A DNA stretch of 64,000 nt from assembly GCA_002779395.1 (NCBI GenBank), contig PEWR01000061.1, positions 5,104-69,103 on the forward strand, given 5' to 3'. Below, piece by piece: positions 53,035 through 63,068 of the stretch (position 1 is its first letter; each line of letters opens with the position of its first letter). Made by a program: the position numbers and the translations under genes. The notes under the pieces were generated by a model. It ran no database searches, was not told the DNA's origin, and worked only from the letters and a program-made list of their open reading frames with translations. The stretch is from Ignavibacteriales bacterium CG07_land_8_20_14_0_80_59_12. GTDB taxonomy: Bacteria; Bacteroidota; Ignavibacteria; 0-14-0-80-59-12.

Positions 53035-53990
53035 GCCACGACCGCGAGAACTGCAGCGCGCTCGTGGATGGGGTCGTCCGGGGGGACAAGCGTGCCCTCG
53101 CGCGCGCGATCTCGCTCGTTGAGAGTTACCGGCCGGAATCGGAGACGCTCCTCAAGGTCATCTTCGCGAAAACCGGCCGCGCGTACAGGGTGGGGATCAC
53201 AGGTCCACCAGGTGCCGGCAAGAGCACACTCGCATCGAGGATCGCTCGTCACTACGGCAACCGGGGGTTGAAAGTGGGGATCATTGCCGTCGATCCGACA
53301 AGTCCATTCACCGGCGGCGCGCTGCTGGGGGACCGTGTCCGTATGAGCGATGTTGAGCTTGACGGAAGCGTGTTCATCAGAAGCATGGCCTCGAGGGGAA
53401 GCCTCGGGGGGTTGAGCGTCGCGACGCAGGACGCGGCCGATGTCCTCGACGCGGCGGGGTTCGATCTCATCCTGCTCGAGACCGTCGGCGTGGGACAGTC
53501 GGAGCTTGACGTGGTCCGCGCCGCCGACACGGTCATCGTGGTCCTTGTCCCTGAATCCGGCGACTCGATCCAGGCGATGAAGGCGGGCCTCATGGAGATC
53601 GCGGACCTCTTTGTGATGAACAAGTCCGACCGCCCGGGAGCCGACCAGGCGGCAACGGCGCTGAGAACCATCCTTTCTCTCCGGCCGAACCCGCACAGCT
53701 GGACACCTGAAGTGCTGAAGACAACCGCGAGCGAGTCGCAGGGGATTGACCGGGTCTGCACCTTCATCGAGAAGCATCGCGAATTCCAGTCGTCGAACGG
53801 CCTCCTCGAACAGCGGCGCGCTGCCCGGCTGCAGGAGAAGGTGAAAGAGCTCGTGATCCGCTCTCTCCATACCGAGTTCTGGAACAACGAACGCCGCGAG
53901 CTCCTCGAGGCCAGGCTCCCCTCCCTCTGCGAGCGGTCAACCTCTCCGTACGAGGTCGTCGAAGAACTCTTGCGTACGTTCCCTTTGTGA
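53031..53990 (+). CDS. meaB: Methylmalonyl-CoA-mutase-associated GTPase MeaB/ArgK
   Basis: G1 motif GITGPPGAGKST, VDPTSPFTGGALLGDRVRM and the NKSD G4 motif. Confidence 0.9.
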   Translation: MSHDRENCSALVDGVVRGDKRALARAISLVESYRPESETLLKVIFAKTGRAYRVGITGPPGAGKSTLASRIARHYGNRGLKVGIIAVDPTSPFTGGALLGDRVRMSDVELDGSVFIRSMASRGSLGGLSVATQDAADVLDAAGFDLILLETVGVGQSELDVVRAADTVIVVLVPESGDSIQAMKAGLMEIADLFVMNKSDRPGADQAATALRTILSLRPNPHSWTPEVLKTTASESQGIDRVCTFIEKHREFQSSNGLLEQRRAARLQEKVKELVIRSLHTEFWNNERRELLEARLPSLCERSTSPYEVVEELLRTFPL

Positions 53991-54057
53991 ATCGCCGCCC
54001 CGTCAGACACCTGCCCCTTGGCGGGGGGTCAAGATAGGGCATTCGTTCCGCAACCAT

Positions 54058-55248
54058 TTGACAGGGTGGACTGCCATGCCTGACGCACACGCTCCTTCCG
54101 GAATCGAATTCTCCTTCACTGACACGATGAAGATGGTTCAATCGCTTGCACGCGACTTCGCTGTCTCGGAGATCAGACCCGTCGTCGTGAAATACGACGA
54201 GTCGCAGGAGTTCCCATTCGACCTCGTGCGTAAGATGGGGGAGCTCGGCTTCATGGGGATCCTGTTCCCGGATGAGTACGGCGGCGCCGGGTTCGGGTAC
54301 CTCGAGTACGTCGTGATCCTTGAGGAGCTTTCGAAGATTGACCCCTCGATCGGGCTCATCGTTGCCGCGCACAACAGCCTCTGTACCAACCACATCTACA
54401 GGTTCGGGAACACGAGCCAGAAAAAGGAGTACTTACCCGGTCTCTGCACCGGCCGAACCGTCGGCGCATGGGCGCTCACGGAGCCCGGGTCGGGAAGCGA
54501 TGCCGGTGCGATGAGGTCAACAGTTCGGCGCGAAGCCGACGCGTTCATACTCAACGGTTCAAAGGCCTTCTGCACAAACGGCTCGGTCGCAGGGACGGCA
54601 GTGGTCATGGCGGTAACCGATCCGTCGAAAGCGAAGAAAGGGATTTCCGCGTTCATCCTTGAGAAGGGTATGCAGGGCTTCTTCCCTTCGAAGAAGGAGA
54701 ACAAGCTCGGCATGCGGGCCTCTGACACATCGAGCCTGACGTTCGACAACGTGCGCATCCCACGGGGGAACCTCCTCGGTGAAGAGGGAAGCGGCTTCCG
54801 CCAGGCCCTCACGATCCTGGACGGCGGCCGCATCAGTATCGCCGCCCTCGCCCTCGGGATCGCGCAGGGGGCGCTCGGCGCAAGCGTGAAGTACTCCCGA
54901 GAGCGCGAACAGTTCGGGAAACCGATCGGCGAGTTCCAGGCCATCCAGTGGAAGCTCGCCGACATGGCAACGGAGATCGAGGCCGCACGGCTCCTCACGC
55001 TGAAAGCGGCGTTCCTCAAGGACCGGGGGAACGAGGTCGTCCTCGAGTCGTCCATGGCGAAGTACTACGCGAGCGAGGCGGCCGCCCGCGCGACATCGGA
55101 GGCTGTTCAGATCCACGGAGGCTACGGCTTCATCAAGGAATTCCCTGTGGAGAAGCTGTACCGCGATGTGAAGCTCACGACCATCGGCGAGGGGACATCG
55201 GAGATACAGAAGCTCATCATCGCACGGGAGCTTCTGAAGACGTTCTGA
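54058..55248 (+). CDS. Acyl-CoA dehydrogenase (short/branched-chain type)
   Basis: GAWALTEPGSGSDAGAM, the YAxE region and the catalytic E in the TTIGEGTSEIQ region near the C-terminus. Confidence 0.9.
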   Translation: MTGWTAMPDAHAPSGIEFSFTDTMKMVQSLARDFAVSEIRPVVVKYDESQEFPFDLVRKMGELGFMGILFPDEYGGAGFGYLEYVVILEELSKIDPSIGLIVAAHNSLCTNHIYRFGNTSQKKEYLPGLCTGRTVGAWALTEPGSGSDAGAMRSTVRREADAFILNGSKAFCTNGSVAGTAVVMAVTDPSKAKKGISAFILEKGMQGFFPSKKENKLGMRASDTSSLTFDNVRIPRGNLLGEEGSGFRQALTILDGGRISIAALALGIAQGALGASVKYSREREQFGKPIGEFQAIQWKLADMATEIEAARLLTLKAAFLKDRGNEVVLESSMAKYYASEAAARATSEAVQIHGGYGFIKEFPVEKLYRDVKLTTIGEGTSEIQKLIIARELLKTF

Positions 55249-55278
55249 AGCTGCGCCTTCATTCCCGTTCAGTCTGAG

Positions 55279-56943
55279 GTGAAGACCGTGTCACGCATCG
55301 GAAGCGAAGTCGCACACGACCTCACGTTCAACAGGCAGGATGACTCGCTGAGGAACATGGTGAGGATCCTTCGTGCCCGGGAGGAAACCGTCCGCGCCGG
55401 CGGCGGTGATGAGAACGTGGAGAGGCACCACAAGCGCGGCAAGCTCACCGCGCGCGAGAGAATCTCCAGGCTCATCGATCCCGGCCTGCCTTTCCTTGAG
55501 ATCGGCAGCTTCGCGGCGCACGGGATGTACGAAGAGTATGGCGGCGCTCCGTCGGCGGGTGTCGTGACCGGCATCGGGAGAGTTCAGGGGCGCGACGTCG
55601 TCATCGCGGCGAACGATGCGACTGTGAAGGCCGGTGCATGGTTCCCGATCACCTGCAAGAAGAACCTCCGCGCACAGGAGATCGCAATGGAGAACCGGAT
55701 CCCCATCGTTTACCTTGTCGATTCGGCGGGTGTCTTCCTCCCCCTCCAGTCCGAGATCTTCCCCGACAGGGAACATTTCGGGAGGATCTTCCGCAACAAC
55801 GCGGTCATGTCCGCGATGGGAATCCCGCAGATCGCCGCGATCATGGGCCCCTGCGTGGCCGGCGGCGCGTACCTCCCGATCATGAGTGACGAGGCGCTCA
55901 TCGTCGAAGGGACCGGGAGCGTGTTTCTCGCGGGCCCGCACCTCGTCCGTGCGGCGATAGGGGAGGACGCAGACATCGAGACGCTCGGCGGGGCGACGAC
56001 ACACTCTGAGATCAGCGGAGTCACCGACTACAAGGTGAAGAACGATGACGAGGCGATCCAGGCTCTTCGGAGCATTCTCGGCAAGCAGGGGAAACATCCC
56101 CGGGCCGGGTTCGACAGGATTCAGCCCGCACCGCCGCGCTTCGGACCCGAGGAGATTTACGGGATCATCCCAGATGACAGGTCCCGTCCCTTCGATATGT
56201 ACCAGGTCATCGCCCGCATCGTCGACGGCGGCGAAATCGACGAGTACAAGGCAGCATACGGAAAAACGCTCATCACCGCGTACGCGCGTGTCGACGGCTG
56301 GGCGGTGGCCATCGTCGCAAACCAGCGACGCGTCGTGAGGACACGGACGGGCGAGATGCAGATCGGCGGCGTCATCTACAGCGACAGCGCCGACAAGGCG
56401 GCCCGGTTCATCATGAACTGCAACCAGAAGCACATCCCTCTCGTTTTCTTCCAGGATGTCGCAGGCTTCATGGTGGGGACACGCGCCGAGCAGGGCGGGA
56501 TCATCAAGGACGGTGCAAAGATGGTGAACGCAGTCGCCAACAGCGTCGTACCCAAGATCACGTTCATCACCGGCAACAGCCACGGTGCGGGCAACTACGC
56601 CATGTGCGGCAAGGCCTATGACCCGCGATTCATCTTCGCCTGGCCGACAGCACAGATAGCCGTCATGGGAGGAGAGCAGGCAAGCGAGACACTTCTCAGC
56701 ATCCGCGTCAGCCAGCTCAAGAGGGAGGGGCGGCACCCGTCGGAGGCGGAGAAGAGGAAACTCCTCGACGAAATCCAGTCCCGCTATGAGGCGGAGGCCG
56801 ATCCTTATTTCGCCGCGGCGCGGCTCTGGATCGACGGCATCGTAGACCCGTGCGAAACACGCGGGCTCATTTCTCGTAGTATAGACATAGCGGACAATAA
56901 TCCCGACTTTCCTCCCTTCAAGCTTGGCGTGATCCAGGTGTGA
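55279..56943 (+). CDS. Acyl-CoA carboxylase carboxyltransferase subunit (methylcrotonoyl-/propionyl-CoA carboxylase beta-type)
   Basis: Two carboxyltransferase half-domains. GKLTARERI motif. GTG start with a GAGGTG RBS. 554 aa. Confidence 0.9.
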   Translation: MKTVSRIGSEVAHDLTFNRQDDSLRNMVRILRAREETVRAGGGDENVERHHKRGKLTARERISRLIDPGLPFLEIGSFAAHGMYEEYGGAPSAGVVTGIGRVQGRDVVIAANDATVKAGAWFPITCKKNLRAQEIAMENRIPIVYLVDSAGVFLPLQSEIFPDREHFGRIFRNNAVMSAMGIPQIAAIMGPCVAGGAYLPIMSDEALIVEGTGSVFLAGPHLVRAAIGEDADIETLGGATTHSEISGVTDYKVKNDDEAIQALRSILGKQGKHPRAGFDRIQPAPPRFGPEEIYGIIPDDRSRPFDMYQVIARIVDGGEIDEYKAAYGKTLITAYARVDGWAVAIVANQRRVVRTRTGEMQIGGVIYSDSADKAARFIMNCNQKHIPLVFFQDVAGFMVGTRAEQGGIIKDGAKMVNAVANSVVPKITFITGNSHGAGNYAMCGKAYDPRFIFAWPTAQIAVMGGEQASETLLSIRVSQLKREGRHPSEAEKRKLLDEIQSRYEAEADPYFAAARLWIDGIVDPCETRGLISRSIDIADNNPDFPPFKLGVIQV

Positions 56944-57698
56944 AAAGAAGAATCCTGATCCCGCTTCTCATCGCGTCCGCGATGGCCGCAGGGGCGCTCC
57001 ACGCCCTGCCGCGAAAACCAGCATCGGACCGCGACTCCATTCTCTTCCGGGCGGAGCGGATTCTTGTTGAGATCCGCGAATCGTACCACAGGTTCTCGCT
57101 GGGACGCAACGCGAGGGATATCATCCTCCCAGATTTCCTCAGGGATGCGCTTGAGCTGCAGGCGATGATCCGCGATGACCGTTTCGAGACGGTGCGTGCG
57201 ATCGTGACCGATGAGGAGCTCGTCGACCTCATCTACTGGCAGGCCATGGCCGTAAGCGACGGTGACGTGCGGCGCGGACTCCTTGTCATGACCCTCGCCG
57301 TCATGGACCACTGGAAACTCGGCCTGCGGCTGCGGCCCTTCGGTATCCTCCGCCTCCCCCTCACACTCGAATCCGAGGATGAGTTCCGTGTAAGGGCCTC
57401 GCGGCTTCCCAGGAACCTCTTCGGTGACACCCCGTCCGATGCGTACGGGGACAGGGACAAGTTGCAGCATTTCTTCGGTTCAGCGTATCTTACAGAGGGA
57501 CCCGGAGGAAAGACGTTCGCCGACGCAACGGGCGAGTTCGTGGAATGGGGGGAGTCGGCCTTTGTCGTGGGTGGAGTGAACGATGTGCGAGACGTGGCCG
57601 CGAACCGCCGTGGACAGGCCTTCGCACGCGCGCTCACCGCCAACCCTGATGCGCGTCCGTCCGATTTCCTCGGAGGCGACCTGAAACAATCACCCTGA
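56940..57698 (+). CDS. Hypothetical secreted protein
   Basis: Signal peptide MKRRILIPLLIASAMAAGALHA. No recognised domain. It overlaps the previous gene by 4 nt. Confidence 0.5.
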   Translation: MKRRILIPLLIASAMAAGALHALPRKPASDRDSILFRAERILVEIRESYHRFSLGRNARDIILPDFLRDALELQAMIRDDRFETVRAIVTDEELVDLIYWQAMAVSDGDVRRGLLVMTLAVMDHWKLGLRLRPFGILRLPLTLESEDEFRVRASRLPRNLFGDTPSDAYGDRDKLQHFFGSAYLTEGPGGKTFADATGEFVEWGESAFVVGGVNDVRDVAANRRGQAFARALTANPDARPSDFLGGDLKQSP

Positions 57699-57705
57699 CA
57701 TCCAT

Positions 57706-59118
57706 ATGCATATGGCAAAGCGGACAGTCCTCGTCGTCGACGACGATGAGAGCATTCGATCAAGCATCAAGATGATCCTCGAGTATGAAGGGTACGCGAC
57801 CCTTCTGGCGCCTGACGGCCTCACGGCTCTCCGGGACGTCGATCCCGCCTCCGTCGACACGGTCTTACTCGATGTAAAGATGCCTGCGATCGACGGAATC
57901 GAGGTCCTCGAGCGGCTCCGGGCGCGCGACAGCGACCTGCCGATCATCATGATCTCGGGACACGGGATGATCGAAACCGCCGTCGAGGCAACGAAGAAGG
58001 GAGCATTCGATTTTCTCGAGAAGCCGCTCGACCGCGACCGTCTCCTCCTCGTCATCCGAAACGCTGTCGAGCAGCGGTCCCTCCTCAAGGAGTTCAGAAA
58101 AGTCCGCGAAGCCTCGGAGAGGGGGGACAGGATCCTCGGCGAGAGTCCCGCCATCCGGAATATTCACGAGATGATCAAACGCGCCGGTCCGACCGACGCG
58201 CGCATGCTCATCAGCGGTGAGAACGGCACCGGGAAAGAGCTTGTCGCGCGCGCACTCCACCGTGCCAGCCAACGTGCGAAGGGTCCGTTCGTCGAGGTCA
58301 ACTGCGCCGCCATTCCGAAGGACCTTATCGAGTCGGAGCTCTTCGGACATGAGAAGGGGGCATTCACCGGGGCCGCATCGCAGTATATCGGGAAGTTTGA
58401 GCAGGCGGACGGAGGGACGATCTTCCTCGACGAGGTCGGAGACATGAGCCTCGAGGCGCAGGCGAAGGTGCTCCGCGTTCTTGAAGAGGGGAAAGTCGAG
58501 CGTGTCGGCGGACGCGGGCTCATTCAGGTCGATGTCCGTCTCCTTGCCGCGACAAACAAGGACCTTCCCAAGATGATCGAAGAAGGGACGTTCCGGGAGG
58601 ACTTCTACCACCGGCTCAACGTCATCCCGATCCAGGTCCCCCCTCTCCGCGAGCGGAAAGAGGACATCCGCATCCTCGGGGAGCACTTCATTCGAGAGGT
58701 ATGCGAGCGGAACGGCATGCCGATGAAGTCACTTTCGAGCGGCGCCTTCCTTGCGCTCGAGCGCCGGGAATGGCGGGGGAACGTGCGGGAGCTCAGGAAC
58801 GTCATCGAACGACTCGCCATCATGACGCCGCGTGCGACGATCGACGCGCCCGACGTCGAAGCGCTCGTCACTTCAACACACGGGGAGTTCGAGGACGTCC
58901 TCCACACGAGCACCACCTTCCAAGACTTCAAAGAGCGGTCCGAGGCGGCGTTTATCAAGTACCAGCTCGATCTTCACAAGTGGAACATCAGCCGGACGGC
59001 AGAGGCGCTCGGAATCCAGCGGAGCCACCTCTACACGAAGATGAAGCGGTACGGACTGATGAAAGAGGATGTCGAGGAGGCCCCGGCGGTGAGCGCCGCA
59101 GATGATGAAGAGTCATAG
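57706..59118 (+). CDS. Sigma54-dependent response regulator (NtrC family: REC, AAA+ and Fis-type HTH domains)
   Basis: Receiver domain D residues. Walker A GENGTGKE. GAFTGA sigma54-contact motif. C-terminal HTH. Confidence 0.9.
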   Translation: MHMAKRTVLVVDDDESIRSSIKMILEYEGYATLLAPDGLTALRDVDPASVDTVLLDVKMPAIDGIEVLERLRARDSDLPIIMISGHGMIETAVEATKKGAFDFLEKPLDRDRLLLVIRNAVEQRSLLKEFRKVREASERGDRILGESPAIRNIHEMIKRAGPTDARMLISGENGTGKELVARALHRASQRAKGPFVEVNCAAIPKDLIESELFGHEKGAFTGAASQYIGKFEQADGGTIFLDEVGDMSLEAQAKVLRVLEEGKVERVGGRGLIQVDVRLLAATNKDLPKMIEEGTFREDFYHRLNVIPIQVPPLRERKEDIRILGEHFIREVCERNGMPMKSLSSGAFLALERREWRGNVRELRNVIERLAIMTPRATIDAPDVEALVTSTHGEFEDVLHTSTTFQDFKERSEAAFIKYQLDLHKWNISRTAEALGIQRSHLYTKMKRYGLMKEDVEEAPAVSAADDEES

Positions 59119-59177
59119 ACCGGGGATTCGCCGCGGAGCTGCGCGAACGAAGACGAATTCGCGCGGACGGGAGGAAG

Positions 59178-59918
59178 CTATGACAACAACCGGCGCTTCC
59201 GGACCACTTCGTACATCACGATCGCCCCGGCCACAGACGCATTGAGCGACTCGGTCTGCCCGTACAGGGGGATTCTCACGAGGAAGTCACACTTGGCCTT
59301 CACGAGGGGCCGGATTCCCTTCCCTTCGTTTCCCACCACGATCGCACACGGGGTTCGATAGTCGACCGCCAGGTACAGATTCTGTGCGCCGGCATCAGTT
59401 CCCACGATCCACACACCCTTCTCCCTCAACTCGTCGATGGTGGCGGCGATGTTAGTTACTTTCGCGACCGGCATGTGTTCCACCGCACCTGCTGAGGCGC
59501 GGGATGTCCCCTGCGTCAGCGACGCGCTGTGGTGGCGCGGGATGATCACACCGTGCACGCCCGCGCATTCAGCCGTTCGAATGAGCGCCCCGAGGTTCTG
59601 CGGGTCCTCGATTTCATCGAGGATAAGGAGGAACGGCGGCTCATTGCGTGTCGTCGCCCTCTCGATGAGGTCGTCGACAGTCGAATACGTCTTCTGTCCG
59701 ACGATCGCCACGACCCCCTGCGTTGTCGCATCGCTCACAAGCTCGCGAAAGGTCGTCTTGTTCGCCTCGACGACCGGGATGTGGCTTTGCTCCGCGAGAT
59801 TCTTGATCCGTTCGATAACCGGCCCCTTCACCCCGTAGAGGAGCACCACCTTCTCGATGAGGGCGCCTGATTTTATCGCTTCGATGACCTGGTTCCGACC
59901 TGCGATTATTTGTGCCAC
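59178..59918 (-). CDS. rlmB: 23S rRNA (guanosine-2'-O)-methyltransferase RlmB (SpoU/TrmH family)
   Basis: N-terminal L30e-like domain and SPOUT motifs (LILDEIEDPQNLGALIRTAE, IVVGNEGKGI). Confidence 0.85.
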   Translation of the reverse strand: MAQIIAGRNQVIEAIKSGALIEKVVLLYGVKGPVIERIKNLAEQSHIPVVEANKTTFRELVSDATTQGVVAIVGQKTYSTVDDLIERATTRNEPPFLLILDEIEDPQNLGALIRTAECAGVHGVIIPRHHSASLTQGTSRASAGAVEHMPVAKVTNIAATIDELREKGVWIVGTDAGAQNLYLAVDYRTPCAIVVGNEGKGIRPLVKAKCDFLVRIPLYGQTESLNASVAGAIVMYEVVRKRRLLS

Positions 59919-59978
59919 GAGCTCACAATTCCTTTGCTGTTCTGAAATGAGATACCGAGTTCCCCCGCGTGTGCCCGT

Positions 59979-60755
59979 CTATTCCTTTCTGCTCTTCTCA
60001 ATGGCCGGCGGCGCCTGGCGGAAACGGTAGAGCCCCGCCGCACCGATAATGATCATCACGACTGAGATCCACTGCGCCTCTGTCAAGCCGAGCGCGATCT
60101 TCGGGTTGAGACGTATGAACTCCACAAGGAGCCGTTCAAGTCCGGCGAGGACAAGGTAGATGAGAAACAATGTTCCCGGCTTCCGCGGTTTCTTCCTGGT
60201 CCCCCAGAGATAGGCGAAAATGATGAGGCAGGCGATCGTCTCGTACACCGGGGTTGGATGGACGCGCACACCGGGGGGCGTTGGGACCACGCCGTTCGGA
60301 TACCCCATCGCCCACGGGAGGTCGCTCAGAATGCCGTAGTCCCCGTCTCCCGCAAGCTGACATCCTATTCTGCCGATCCCGTAGCCGAGGATGAGTGAAG
60401 GCGCAACGGCGTCGAGGAGCCGTGCAAGGGGGTACTTCTTCCGTTTCAAGTAGGCCACACAGGCGATGGTGGCGAGAACAAGTCCTCCGTAGAATGTGAG
60501 CCCGCCGGGCGAGAACGCCATGCCTGCCGGGTCCTTCATGAAGGCGTCCCACTCCTCGATTAGGTAGAGTCCCTTCGCACCCACGATTCCTCCAACGAGC
60601 GCGATGAGCGTGAGCGTCCCCGCAAGGTTCTGATCGATCTTCCTCCGTCTCAGCTCGATGGAGAAAGTCCAGCTGGCAAGGACAAACGCAATGGCAACCA
60701 TAAGCCCGTAGCTGTAGACGGTGAACGGGCCAACATGGAACAGAACGGGACACAT
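59979..60755 (-). CDS. lgt: Prolipoprotein diacylglyceryl transferase
   Basis: Lgt signature region LGYGIGRIGCQLAGDGDYG...LPWAM; 7 TM helices. Confidence 0.9.
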   Translation of the reverse strand: MCPVLFHVGPFTVYSYGLMVAIAFVLASWTFSIELRRRKIDQNLAGTLTLIALVGGIVGAKGLYLIEEWDAFMKDPAGMAFSPGGLTFYGGLVLATIACVAYLKRKKYPLARLLDAVAPSLILGYGIGRIGCQLAGDGDYGILSDLPWAMGYPNGVVPTPPGVRVHPTPVYETIACLIIFAYLWGTRKKPRKPGTLFLIYLVLAGLERLLVEFIRLNPKIALGLTEAQWISVVMIIIGAAGLYRFRQAPPAIEKSRKE

Positions 60756-60759
60756 GATG

Positions 60760-61209
60760 TCAGGTTCCTCCCTTGTGCGAATCGGGTGGGAAGGTGAGAA
60801 TTTCCAGGAACGCCTTCTTCCGCTTCGAGCGTTTCGAGCGGACGGGGATCGGCTTCTTCAGGATGTGGATGCTACCCTCGCTGATGAGGATTGTCGACTG
60901 GTTTCTTTCGCCGTCAGGCTTCTCGACGATGATCTCGTACGTCCCGGTGAGGGGACCGAAGTCTCTTTTCCACCGTGCACTCCCCGTCTCGGGCATCGCG
61001 AGGAGAGGTGAACGGAGGCCGCTCATGTGGAGTGTAATGTTGCGGCCCTCGACGCTCTCCCGTACGACGATCTCGTACCGGAAGCTTCGGAAGAGGCGTG
61101 TTGTCTCAAGCAGCATAATGGTGCTGAGCTCGTCACTCATCTCGTCCCGCTTCAATGCGATCGAGAGTGTATATTCGGTGTCAGGCTTCTTCCGGGGCAT
61201 GCCGGTCAC
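60760..61209 (-). CDS. Hypothetical protein with a Lys/Arg-rich C-terminal tail, embedded in the hisS-lgt operon
   Basis: 149 aa. Tail PIPVRSKRSKRKKAFLEI. Overlaps hisS by 4 nt and is 4 nt from lgt. Confidence 0.5.
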   Translation of the reverse strand: MTGMPRKKPDTEYTLSIALKRDEMSDELSTIMLLETTRLFRSFRYEIVVRESVEGRNITLHMSGLRSPLLAMPETGSARWKRDFGPLTGTYEIIVEKPDGERNQSTILISEGSIHILKKPIPVRSKRSKRKKAFLEILTFPPDSHKGGT

Positions 61210-62468
61210 CCGATCATCCTGAGAAGTGAATCGGCGAGCTCCTCCTTCGGGATCTGGCGCTGCTCACCGTTCCGCATGTCTCTCAACGCAACGAGTCCCG
61301 TCTTCCATTCGTCTCCGCCGAGGAGGACGACGGCATCCGCGCGCTGACGCCCGGCTTCCCGCATCTGAGCCTTTAGGCTCCGCCTGTGGAAATCCATTTC
61401 GGCGCTGATCCCGCTCTGGCGGAGCTCCTGGAGAAGCCGAAACGCGTCCTCTCGCGCTTCCCCGTTGAGCGTCGCCACGAACACGGTCGCGTGCGGTGCT
61501 TCGCCGCGGAAGAGGGAACGTTTCTCAAGGACCACGAGGAGCCGCTCGATCCCGGCGGCGAAGCCGATCCCGGGGGCCGGGCTGCCGCCGAGCTCCTGTG
61601 CAAGGAGATCGTAGCGGCCTCCGCCCGCAAGCGCATCCTGTGATCCCAGGTCGCCGCTCACAAGTTCAAAGGCGGTCTTCGTGTAGTAGTCGAGCCCACG
61701 CACAAGTCGTCCGTCTATCTCAAATGCCACTCCCGTCTTCGTGAGAAGCGACTGAAGCTCCCTGAAATGGTCGCTGCACTCCGGACAGAGATGGTCTTTG
61801 ACGAGCGGTACGTTCGCGGTCGCCGCCCGATCCTGCGGCTCCTTGGAGTCGAGCACGCGCATCGGATTCTCGTCCACACGGCGCTGACTATCCGCTGTGA
61901 GCCGGTCCACGACGCTCCTGAGTGCCTCCTGGAGAATCTTCTTGTACCCCGGACGGCATTTCTCGCAGCCGACAGAGGTCAGCTTGAGGACTGTCTTCTC
62001 CAGTCCGAACGAGGCATAGATGCTCGTCGCGAGGAGGATCACCTCGGCATCGATCTCAGGGTGGGCACTCCCGAGAGCCTCAGCCCCGAACTGGTGGAAC
62101 TGCCGAAGGCGGCCCGCCTGCGGGCGTTCCTGCCGGAACATCGGGGAGATGTAGAAGAGCTTCGTGAGGGGAGCCGACGACCCGAGGTGATGCTGGATGA
62201 ACGCACGAATCACCGAGGCGGTCATTTCGGGCTTCAGCGTGAGGCTTGTCCCTCCCCGGTCTTCAAAGGTGTACATCTCCTTGCTGACGATGTCGGTAAG
62301 CTGGCCGATGCCGCGGGCAAAGAGGGTCGTCTCCTCGAACGCCGGCGTCTGGATCTCCCGGTAGTTGAACCGTCTGAACCAGGCCCGTATCTGATTCTCG
62401 ACGAATTCCCACTCGTACGATTCGTCGGGGAGTATGTCTCTGGTTCCCCGTATCGTTCGAAAACCCAC
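61206..62468 (-). CDS. hisS: Histidyl-tRNA synthetase
   Basis: Class-II motifs FRQERPQAGRLRQFHQ and GGGRYD. Confidence 0.95.
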   Translation of the reverse strand: MGFRTIRGTRDILPDESYEWEFVENQIRAWFRRFNYREIQTPAFEETTLFARGIGQLTDIVSKEMYTFEDRGGTSLTLKPEMTASVIRAFIQHHLGSSAPLTKLFYISPMFRQERPQAGRLRQFHQFGAEALGSAHPEIDAEVILLATSIYASFGLEKTVLKLTSVGCEKCRPGYKKILQEALRSVVDRLTADSQRRVDENPMRVLDSKEPQDRAATANVPLVKDHLCPECSDHFRELQSLLTKTGVAFEIDGRLVRGLDYYTKTAFELVSGDLGSQDALAGGGRYDLLAQELGGSPAPGIGFAAGIERLLVVLEKRSLFRGEAPHATVFVATLNGEAREDAFRLLQELRQSGISAEMDFHRRSLKAQMREAGRQRADAVVLLGGDEWKTGLVALRDMRNGEQRQIPKEELADSLLRMIG

Positions 62469-62558
62469 TTCACAACTCCATTTTCGTTGGCTTCAACGCA
62501 GCTTCGGCAGGGGCTGCTCACCACACAAGTTCAGTCCACGCCGCGGGCGGCCGGTTGA

Positions 62559-63026
62559 TCACTCGTGAAACTTCGCTTCCTCCTCGTGGAAAATCGAGAG
62601 GACATCGGCGGGAGACGAGGCGTGCAGGAGGCGTTTCCGGACGTCCTCCTTGTTCATGAGGCGCGACATCCGGCTCAGGACCTTGATGTGCGGGCCGACC
62701 ATCGTCCCGCGCGTCACGAGGATGAAGACGAGCCTCACGGGCTGCTCGTCGAGCGATTGGTAGTCGACAGGCTCCGCCGTTGTCGCAAACGCTGCACAGA
62801 GGTCGCTCACGCCGTCCGACTTGCCGTGCGGGATCGCGAATCCGTTTCCCACACCGGTGGACATGATCCGCTCACGCTCTAAGATCGCCTCGCGGACCTT
62901 CTCCTTGTCGACGACATTTTTCGAATGCGCAAGGAGATCGATCATCTTCTCGATAAGGTCCTCCTTTGACGACGCAGCCAGGCCGGTCTCGACGAGGTCG
63001 TCGTTGAGCAGGTCAGAAACGTTCAC
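62559..63026 (-). CDS. ptsN: PTS EIIA type-2 (nitrogen-regulatory PtsN-like)
   Basis: GVGNGFAIPHGK active-site His region; 155 aa. Confidence 0.85.
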   Translation of the reverse strand: MNVSDLLNDDLVETGLAASSKEDLIEKMIDLLAHSKNVVDKEKVREAILERERIMSTGVGNGFAIPHGKSDGVSDLCAAFATTAEPVDYQSLDEQPVRLVFILVTRGTMVGPHIKVLSRMSRLMNKEDVRKRLLHASSPADVLSIFHEEEAKFHE

Positions 63027-63068
63027 AGTCCGATCTCCTTTCTTCGAACGGCACGAAAGGGCCCCCGG

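Noticed and set aside
55291-56736. 481-aa minus-strand ORF
   Set aside because: Antisense to the carboxyltransferase gene.
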